From Gemmatimonadales bacterium (GTDB lineage: Bacteria; Gemmatimonadota; Gemmatimonadetes; Gemmatimonadales; GWC2-71-9): a stretch of 64,000 nucleotides of DNA. The notes beneath the pieces are model-generated. The model ran no database searches, was not told the origin of the DNA, and was given only the letters and a program-made list of their open reading frames with translations. Made by a program: the position numbers and the translations under genes. Numbering within the stretch: position 1 is the first letter of the stretch; each line of letters begins with the position of its first letter. The DNA lies in the NCBI GenBank assembly GCA_041577295.1, contig JBFGJG010000017.1:14162-78161 (forward strand), read 5' to 3'. Shown here in pieces: positions 57,372-64,000 of this stretch.

Positions 57372-57398
57372 AAAAAGGCCCGACGATCGTCGGGCCTT
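57372..57398 (-). terminator. Rho-independent terminator of csp gene
   Basis: Perfect palindrome AAGGCCCGACGATCGTCGGGCCTT followed by T-run on minus strand. Confidence 0.85.
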
Positions 57399-57427
57399 AA
57401 ATTGAACTGTCGTGGGAACCGGTGGGC

Positions 57428-57634
57428 TCAGAGTCGAGTGACCTTGTTGGCGTGCAGTCCCTTCGGGCCCTCTTCGAGCTCAAACTCCACCTCGTCATTC
57501 GGCTTGAGTGTCCGAAAACCCTCGGCCTCGATGGACGAATAGTGGACAAACACGTCGGGCCCTCCGTCGCGCTCGATGAAACCATAACCTTTGACGTCGT
57601 TGAACCACTTGACTCTGCCGTTGGTGCGGGGCAT
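57428..57634 (-). CDS. Cold-shock protein (CspA family)
   Basis: GRVKWFN..KGYGFI, DVFVHYS. Confidence 0.97.
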   Translation of the reverse strand: MPRTNGRVKWFNDVKGYGFIERDGGPDVFVHYSSIEAEGFRTLKPNDEVEFELEEGPKGLHANKVTRL

Positions 57635-57795
57635 ATGCTACACACTCCTTCTGGGTGAACATCGGGGCAGCGCCGGGCGGCGCCCCCAGACGGACGCCGG
57701 CCTCGAACGGCTTTGCAGCGGCGCCAACATACGCCCCGATCTCCGTGACGTCAACATCACCGAGCACGCGTTCCCGTGACCGCAAAGGTGGGTTC

Positions 57796-59754
57796 ATGAC
57801 CGAGCAACTCGACACTCTTCTGAAAGAGCGGCGTACCTTTCCCCCTCCAGCGGACTTCAAGCAAGCTGCACATGCTAAGTCCAAAGCCGTCTACCGTGAC
57901 GGCGCACGAAACCTTGAGCGGTTTTGGGCCACGCACGCAAAACAGCTCGAGTGGTTCAAGCCGTGGAAACGCGTTCTGCAGTGGAAGGCACCGCACGCAA
58001 AGTGGTTCGTCGGTGGCAAGCTCAACGTGTCAGTGAACTGCCTCGACCGTCACGTGCGAACGGCGCACCGGAACAAGGTGGCGCTGCTGTGGGAGGGAGA
58101 GCCTGGAGACCGCCGCACCATCACCTATTGGGAGCTACACCGCGAGGTGAACAAGTTCGCGAACGTCCTGAAATCGCTGGGGGTGAAGCGCGGTGATCGT
58201 GTTGCAGTCTACTTACCGATGATTCCCGAAGCGGCGGTCGCGTTACTCGCATGTGCCCGGATCGGCGCGCCCCACTCCGTCGTGTTTGGGGGGTTCTCGG
58301 CCGATGCGCTCCGCGACCGGATCAACGACGCCCAAGCCAAGATCGTGATCACTGCGGATATAGGATACCGAAGGGGGTCGACCGTTCCGCTGAAGCGCAG
58401 CGTAGATGCCGCCGTGGCCGACACACCGTCGGTAACCCACGTAATCGTTGTCCGGCGCCACACCAGCCGCGACGTCGACGAAGCTCTCGTGCACATGCGA
58501 GACGGAAGAGACGTCTGGTATCACGAGTTGATGGAGAGTGCCAAACCCTACTGCAAGCCAGCCGTGATGGATGCGGAGTCAATGCTCTTCATCCTCTACA
58601 CCTCGGGGACGACGGGCAAACCAAAAGGTATCGTGCACACGACGGGGGGATATCTCACCCAAGCTGTTGCAACCACTCGGTGGGTCTTCGACCTAAAGGA
58701 CGAGGACGTGTATTGGTGCACGGCCGACATCGGCTGGATCACGGGCCATACGTACGTGGTGTACGGTCCGCTTGCGCTGGGCGCGACCGTTTTCATGTAC
58801 GAGGGGGCACCAGATTGGCCCGACAAGGATCGCTTCTGGAGCCTCGTCGAAGAGTATGGTGTCACCATCTTTTACACAGCCCCGACCGCGATTCGCGCGT
58901 TCATGAAATGGGGCGCGGACTACCCCGCGAAGCACGACCTCCGATCATTGCGTCTTCTCGGGACGGTGGGCGAGCCAATCAACCCGGAGGCGTGGATCTG
59001 GTATCACCGGCATATCGGCGGGAAACGGTGTCCGATTGTCGACACGTGGTGGCAGACGGAGACAGGCGGGATCATGATCACGCCCCTTCCGGGCGTCACC
59101 GCCACCAAGCCGGGCTCGGCGACCGTTGCGTTCCCGGGGATTCACGCGGAGCTCGTGGACGGCGGGGGGGAACCGATCAAGGAGGGTGGTGGCTTTCTCG
59201 CCATCACCAAACCGTGGCCGGGGATGTTGCGGACGATCTATGGCGATGATCAACGATACCGCGATCAGTACTGGAGCCGGTTTCCAGGGCTGTACTTTCC
59301 CGGTGACGGTGCGAAACGGGATGGCGACGGGTACTTCTGGATCCTTGGACGAGTCGACGACGTGCTCAACGTCGCCGGTCACCGTATCGGCACAATGGAG
59401 GTGGAAAGCGCGTTAGTCTCGCACCCAGCGGTTGCGGAAGCCGCGGTGGTCGGCAAGCCAGACGAGCTGAAAGGCGAGGTCATAGCCGCATTCGTGACGG
59501 TGGGAGCTGGTCATGAGGCGAGCGCCGACCTCGTTGGTGAGCTCAAGAACCACGTGACGAAGAAGATCGGACCGATTGCACGGCCAGCCGATATCATTTT
59601 CTCGGCGGATCTCCCCAAGACGCGAAGTGGAAAGATCATGCGGCGGCTACTCAAGGACATCGCAGCCGGCCGCGCGTTGGGTGATGTGACGACACTCGCA
59701 GATCCAGCGGTGGTTGCCACGCTCAAGGAGCGATATGAGGAGCACGAGGAATGA
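57796..59754 (+). CDS. acs: Acetate--CoA ligase
   Basis: [43 protein letters not shown] 57796. Confidence 0.96.
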   Translation: MTEQLDTLLKERRTFPPPADFKQAAHAKSKAVYRDGARNLERFWATHAKQLEWFKPWKRVLQWKAPHAKWFVGGKLNVSVNCLDRHVRTAHRNKVALLWEGEPGDRRTITYWELHREVNKFANVLKSLGVKRGDRVAVYLPMIPEAAVALLACARIGAPHSVVFGGFSADALRDRINDAQAKIVITADIGYRRGSTVPLKRSVDAAVADTPSVTHVIVVRRHTSRDVDEALVHMRDGRDVWYHELMESAKPYCKPAVMDAESMLFILYTSGTTGKPKGIVHTTGGYLTQAVATTRWVFDLKDEDVYWCTADIGWITGHTYVVYGPLALGATVFMYEGAPDWPDKDRFWSLVEEYGVTIFYTAPTAIRAFMKWGADYPAKHDLRSLRLLGTVGEPINPEAWIWYHRHIGGKRCPIVDTWWQTETGGIMITPLPGVTATKPGSATVAFPGIHAELVDGGGEPIKEGGGFLAITKPWPGMLRTIYGDDQRYRDQYWSRFPGLYFPGDGAKRDGDGYFWILGRVDDVLNVAGHRIGTMEVESALVSHPAVAEAAVVGKPDELKGEVIAAFVTVGAGHEASADLVGELKNHVTKKIGPIARPADIIFSADLPKTRSGKIMRRLLKDIAAGRALGDVTTLADPAVVATLKERYEEHEE

Positions 59755-59767
59755 GAACCGAGGTCCG

Positions 59768-60217
59768 CTAGCGCTCTGCGTGCGTAGCTGAGGTGTTACG
59801 GGTGGATGCCCGGTAGCCGATGGTCGCTACGACGAAGATGGCCAGGATGATCGCCGCCGAAACCAAGCACCACCGGCACCAAGCCCGAATGACGAACGCC
59901 TCGAGATAGGTCAGGTAGAGCGTGAAGGCGAGGCCCCCGCCCGAGAGTACGAGCAGCGCGAGGCTGGGGCCGATCCTATCCACCCACCGTGGCTGGAGTC
60001 CAACGAGGCTGACGACGAGCAGCACCAGATATCCTACCACACCGTAGAATGCGACGGGTTGCCCAAGAATCTCCGCGTACGCGCTGAGCTGAACCGTTTC
60101 GCACGCCCCTGAACCACATACGATCACGCCGAGGAACCCGAGCTTCCACAGCCAGAGGTAGGTCGCCACGAGTAATCCCACAAGAGAGAGCGTGGCGATT
60201 GCCATCCGGTGGATCAT
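59768..60217 (-). CDS. Vitamin K epoxide reductase (VKOR) family
   Basis: C....C..V..S, CRWC in last TM. Confidence 0.9.
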   Translation of the reverse strand: MIHRMAIATLSLVGLLVATYLWLWKLGFLGVIVCGSGACETVQLSAYAEILGQPVAFYGVVGYLVLLVVSLVGLQPRWVDRIGPSLALLVLSGGGLAFTLYLTYLEAFVIRAWCRWCLVSAAIILAIFVVATIGYRASTRNTSATHAER

Positions 60218-60894
60218 CTCGCCGCGCGCGCTGCCGCCTTCTCTACCAGAGTCTTGATGCTATCGTAGGGCAACGCACCGGCGACTACTATGTCGCCGAT
60301 GAGAAAACTCGGGGTCGAGTTGATGCCGAGCGCAACTGCCTCGTTCTTGCCCGCTTCAATCCGCGCTCGATACCGATCCGATTCCATACAGGCCTCGAAG
60401 CGGTCAACGTCGAGCCCGATGGCTTGGGCATACTCGCGAAACCGTCTCGTGGGTCGGGAGTCGCGCGCCCAACGTCCTTGATTGAAGAACAGCTGGTCGT
60501 GCATTGCCCAAAACTGCCCCTGTTCATCCGCGCAGGCGGCGGCGTGGTGGGCGGGAATCGCGTGTTGGTGATTGGGGAGAGGAAAATCGTGAAACCGCCA
60601 GCGTGCCAGGCCGCGCTCAACCAAGCCCGTGCGAATGTCCGAACCGCTCAGGATCGTGAAGCGCGCACACGCGGGGCACTGAAAATCGGCGAACTCCACG
60701 ACTTCAACCGGAGCCGAATCGCTTCCCTCAACGTACCCCTCATACTCGCCGACACTAGCCAGCGCTGCGCTCGATACCGACGTGACACCTTCACTCCCGC
60801 CCGAACCTCCGCGAGCCATCCAAATCGCCGCACCACCGATCAGCGCGACAGCACCAAGCGCCAGATAGAACATCTTCATCACGGATCGCGCCAC
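60214..60894 (-). CDS. DsbA-family thiol-disulfide oxidoreductase
   Basis: EFADFQCPAC, FPL..H, STP; GAGGAGG RBS; overlaps VKOR start. Confidence 0.92.
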   Translation of the reverse strand: MARSVMKMFYLALGAVALIGGAAIWMARGGSGGSEGVTSVSSAALASVGEYEGYVEGSDSAPVEVVEFADFQCPACARFTILSGSDIRTGLVERGLARWRFHDFPLPNHQHAIPAHHAAACADEQGQFWAMHDQLFFNQGRWARDSRPTRRFREYAQAIGLDVDRFEACMESDRYRARIEAGKNEAVALGINSTPSFLIGDIVVAGALPYDSIKTLVEKAAARAAR

Positions 60895-61190
60895 GGGACG
60901 TCCTCCTCTGAGTCTCCGAAATCAGCATCCGAATCGAGATCCAGCGACTCCGTCTGCCGGCGTGCGAGCTCAACGATCCGCCGACTCTCAGCAACTTCCG
61001 GCGTGTCATATGTGCACCGCACTTCATAGTGGAACAGCTCGGAGCGCGCATCCCCCATCATTTTGAGCAGCTCTGGGCCGGCACTCAGTAAGGCGTCATC
61101 GCTCTTCAAGCCAGCGATGTGAGCAGCTAGCGCGCGCAAGAGCTCTACCAGGCGCCGTTCACGAGATTTGTCATATGTTGGCTCACTCAT
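60879..61190 (-). CDS. Hypothetical protein, 103 aa
   Basis: ATG with GGAG RBS, helical acidic composition, overlaps dsbA start. Confidence 0.65.
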   Translation of the reverse strand: MSEPTYDKSRERRLVELLRALAAHIAGLKSDDALLSAGPELLKMMGDARSELFHYEVRCTYDTPEVAESRRIVELARRQTESLDLDSDADFGDSEEDVPWRDP

Positions 61191-61359
61191 CGACTACTCC
61201 AATCTCTGTACATCTACCCTAATCGCAACCGTCAGTTTCTGCGCGCGCCACCCCAATGTAATCGACGTATCTCCAGTTCGGCGCGCTGTTTGCAAGAAGA
61301 CTTGTTGACCTTTACCTTTCAGCCGGGAACCACGGGTCCTTCACCAAGGAGCACGGCCA

Positions 61360-61623
61360 ATGGGCAAGAAACGATCGGCTAAGTTGAGTAATCCCACCGC
61401 CTTCGAGAAAGCTAGAGACGAGTTGTTCAGTCACATCCTCCGGTGCGGCGTGCTGCAGGCTCAGCCGGAGCATCAGAAAGACTGGTTCGACGACACGGTA
61501 GAATACCTGTCCGAGCGGTATCCCGAACTCTCCGAGGAAGACGTGAGCAAGTTGCGAGGTCTCGGTGAGCGCTATTGTCAGCCCGTGATTCAACACGGTT
61601 CAACGGTGGGGGCAACGAGCTAG
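61360..61623 (+). CDS. Hypothetical small helical protein, 87 aa
   Basis: AAGGAG RBS, followed by terminator. Confidence 0.7.
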   Translation: MGKKRSAKLSNPTAFEKARDELFSHILRCGVLQAQPEHQKDWFDDTVEYLSERYPELSEEDVSKLRGLGERYCQPVIQHGSTVGATS

Positions 61624-61650
61624 CGGGAAAAGCAACGCGTGATGCCTTTC

Positions 61651-61680
61651 GACCTCCACCTCGTGGGGGTCTTTGCTTTT
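61651..61680 (+). terminator. Rho-independent terminator
   Basis: GACCTCCAC-CTC-GTGGGGGTC then TTTGCTTTT. Confidence 0.65.
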
Positions 61681-61692
61681 ACCCCCGGTCGG

Positions 61693-62136
61693 TCACAGGA
61701 TCCGCCCGCGAAAACCTGCGGATACCCGTAACCCGCCACCAACACCACCCTCGAAAAACCACCCGCTCCTTCCTCCCGGATTCGTCTCAATACCAACGAG
61801 CATCGTCAACGCTTCCCAGACCGCGTCACGCGTGAACGTCACCGCCACGCCACCACCAGCATAAGGGGCCCACCCGCGCGCGCGAAACGCAGTCAAGTGA
61901 AAGCTCGCCACCGCCTCCGTTCGTACGGCCACACTAGCCTCTCGGGACCCTCCACTGACTGAAAGCGCTGTCCGGACCCTCCCACCAGACCGAACGCCGA
62001 TTCCCAGCCCAGCACCGACAAAGGGAGTCGCAAGCACCGTGCCGAGGCCCTGAACCTGCCACTCTGGCGTCCACTGTGCTGTGACTTCCGTCGCCAACAG
62101 GCAAGCGACCGGGAGAAACAGCAGCGCTCTAAACAA
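61693..62136 (-). CDS. Small secreted beta-barrel-like protein
   Basis: Signal peptide, Gly-rich alternating strands, PYAGGG, WFFEGG. Confidence 0.55.
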   Translation of the reverse strand: MFRALLFLPVACLLATEVTAQWTPEWQVQGLGTVLATPFVGAGLGIGVRSGGRVRTALSVSGGSREASVAVRTEAVASFHLTAFRARGWAPYAGGGVAVTFTRDAVWEALTMLVGIETNPGGRSGWFFEGGVGGGLRVSAGFRGRIL

Positions 62137-62560
62137 GTTCGACGTTGTATTCGACCGAGATATCCGGTGCGAGAGAGTGCACCACTGAGCAGTACTTTTC
62201 GAGAGAGAGCGCCACGGCGCGCTCGGCTTTGGACGGATCGAGCCCCTCGCCAGCGAGTTGGTATCGATAACGAATCGTCGTATACCGACGAGGGGGTTCG
62301 GCGCGGCGGAGGCCTTCGACTTCGATCCTGAGCTGGGTCAACCGCACGCGCATCTTGGTGAGGATCTCCACCACGTCAGCCCCCGAGCAGCCGGCACAGG
62401 CCAGGAGGAGCGTGATCATCGGTGAGGGTCCGTCCTCGCCGTCACCGTCTATCGTGATGCTCGGCGTGTGCGGTTGGGTTCCACTCCCGGAAAAACGCAG
62501 TCCATTCCCCTGCCATTCGAGCCGTACCGAGCGGACGTTTGACACGGTCATTTCTCGCAT
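62129..62560 (-). CDS. OsmC/YhfA-family protein
   Basis: SP...LL.A.AGC...D, SLEKYCSV; ATG 62560. Confidence 0.9.
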   Translation of the reverse strand: MREMTVSNVRSVRLEWQGNGLRFSGSGTQPHTPSITIDGDGEDGPSPMITLLLACAGCSGADVVEILTKMRVRLTQLRIEVEGLRRAEPPRRYTTIRYRYQLAGEGLDPSKAERAVALSLEKYCSVVHSLAPDISVEYNVELV

Positions 62561-63114
62561 CACCGCGGCTTGGAAGGTCGCGCCAGGCCGACGCGCATGT
62601 AGTCGGCGATGGCGTAAAGTGAAATCGCGGCGGTTGCCCACGCGAGTGGGCGAACGAGGTCGGAATTCGCCACGAACGCGAGGAGCGTGAGGAGCTGGCA
62701 CACGGTCACTGCCTTGCCACCTGCGCGCGCCGGAAGGGTCGTTGGCCGCCGGCGGATGACGGTGCCCAAAAACGCGGCCGCGGCGACTATGTCCCGCAAC
62801 AACACCGCCGCAATCTCGTACCAGGTGAGCGCACCACTGTGCAGGACCGCGATGAAAGCCGCGAGCATGAACAGTTTGTCGGCCACGGGATCGAGCCAAA
62901 CTCCAAATCGCGAACCACCCACCCGGCGGGCCCAGATCCCATCGAAGAAATCGGTAGCGGCAGCCACCACCACGATCAGCAATCGCTCCAAAGCACCGTC
63001 GAGGAGTACGAAACCGATAGCCAACGGTATGCGCAACGCCGTGAGCAAGTCTGGTGGCGCAACGAGTCGTTTCGCTTGCTGGCTTTCAGCGACGCCAATA
63101 GCTTGCAAGGGCAA
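62560..63114 (-). CDS. CDP-alcohol phosphatidyltransferase
   Basis: P..LT.LR, D.FDG..AR.....G..LDP.ADK. Confidence 0.9.
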   Translation of the reverse strand: MPLQAIGVAESQQAKRLVAPPDLLTALRIPLAIGFVLLDGALERLLIVVVAAATDFFDGIWARRVGGSRFGVWLDPVADKLFMLAAFIAVLHSGALTWYEIAAVLLRDIVAAAAFLGTVIRRRPTTLPARAGGKAVTVCQLLTLLAFVANSDLVRPLAWATAAISLYAIADYMRVGLARPSKPR

Positions 63115-63143
63115 TCCTCCTTTCGCCTGATCGGAGAGCGGTC

Positions 63144-63602
63144 ATGGACACAGCGCTCATCAAGCAAGCAGCAATCTTTGCGGACCTGGATGACACCGAA
63201 CTGGCCAAGGTCGCAGAGATTTGCCGCGAGCAAGAGTTCCGCTCAGGAAAAACGATCTTCCACGAAGGGGAGCCCGGAAATCGTCTGTTCATCATCTCAA
63301 AGGGGGAAGTGCGCATCTCCCGTCAGGTGCCCGGATCAGGGGAGGAGGCGTTGAGCGTGCTCAAAGCCGGCGCGTGTTTCGGCGAGATGGCGGTGTTCGA
63401 GCGATGCCACCGCTCCACCGATGCAATTGCCAACACCGATTGTACGTTGGTGACTATTACGCGACCGGATTTTGAGATGCTCTTGGATTTCAACCGTGAC
63501 CTCGGGTACAAGATCCTGTGGTCGGTGGTGAAACTCCTCTCCCACCGCCTGCGGATCACGAACGACAACCTACGATCGTTCCTGGCCATGTCGATGTTCT
63601 GA
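63144..63602 (+). CDS. Stand-alone cyclic-nucleotide-binding protein
   Basis: IF.EGE.G, G.V, FGEMA....RS; no HTH. Confidence 0.88.
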   Translation: MDTALIKQAAIFADLDDTELAKVAEICREQEFRSGKTIFHEGEPGNRLFIISKGEVRISRQVPGSGEEALSVLKAGACFGEMAVFERCHRSTDAIANTDCTLVTITRPDFEMLLDFNRDLGYKILWSVVKLLSHRLRITNDNLRSFLAMSMF

Positions 63603-63624
63603 TCCTTCCCCCGCGACGGACTCT

Positions 63625-64000
63625 CTACTTCCCACGCCCACTCACCATGGTTCCCCGCACCACATACTCCGCTCGCTGTTCCTCGCGGAACACCGATTCC
63701 GCTACACGACGGACATCGTCTTCGGTCACTGCACGCAGCCGTTCGGGGACGGATGCGAGCTCGGCCGTCGTACCGTGAATCCACGAGGCCAGCAATTCGT
63801 CGGCGATCGCGCGGCCACTCTGCCGGCGTACCTCGACGATCCCGGCCGCATATCGGCGAGCGCGCTCCACCTCCGTCGGGTCCATTGGGGCTGTTGCCAC
63901 CCGCTGCAGTTCCTCGAGCATGGCGTGGCGGGCTTCCTCCTCGCGCTCTGGCGACGTCGCGATGTACGTGACGATCGCTCCGGCACGATCAGCCAACCAC
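63625..64000 (-). CDS. M16 (pitrilysin-like) peptidase, C-terminal fragment
   Basis: Y.ATSP, E.ERA, .AVT.EDV.RVA; open at window edge. Confidence 0.7.
   Translation of the reverse strand, partial: WLADRAGAIVTYIATSPEREEEARHAMLEELQRVATAPMDPTEVERARRYAAGIVEVRRQSGRAIADELLASWIHGTTAELASVPERLRAVTEDDVRRVAESVFREEQRAEYVVRGTMVSGRGK

Overview
GC-rich chromosomal window with no mobile elements, RNA genes or CRISPR detected. Gene content (SprA-like barrel, deltaproteobacterial-style pil cluster, Oar-type TonB receptor) suggests Gemmatimonadota, which is an inference only. Left third (minus strand): type IV pilus locus comEA-pilB-pilT-pilC-(2 GNAT)-pilS-pilR, then a six-gene cassette (membrane/spermidine-synthase-like fusion, methyltransferase, GT2, three GT-C transferases including a TMTC-like one), a sigma54 promoter, two tandem pilins and a second HAMP kinase. 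Middle: a 2000-aa SprA-like protein coupled to a glutaminyl-cyclase-like M28 lipoprotein, and lptFG. Next is the best candidate for an undescribed system, a putative nucleic-acid utilisation locus (TonB-dependent receptor, two OB-fold-repeat lipoproteins, ComEC-type metallo-beta-lactamase lipoprotein, phosphatase/5'-nucleotidase). Right: nadC, nhaC-family, ctaA, an ECF sigma/ZAS anti-sigma operon running into a DUF92-reductase-methyltransferase-cyclase-ketosynthase cluster and a TIP-like aquaporin, ccmABCD-hemB, csp, acs, dsbA/VKOR and housekeeping genes. All calls come from reading motifs by eye; no database search was run.
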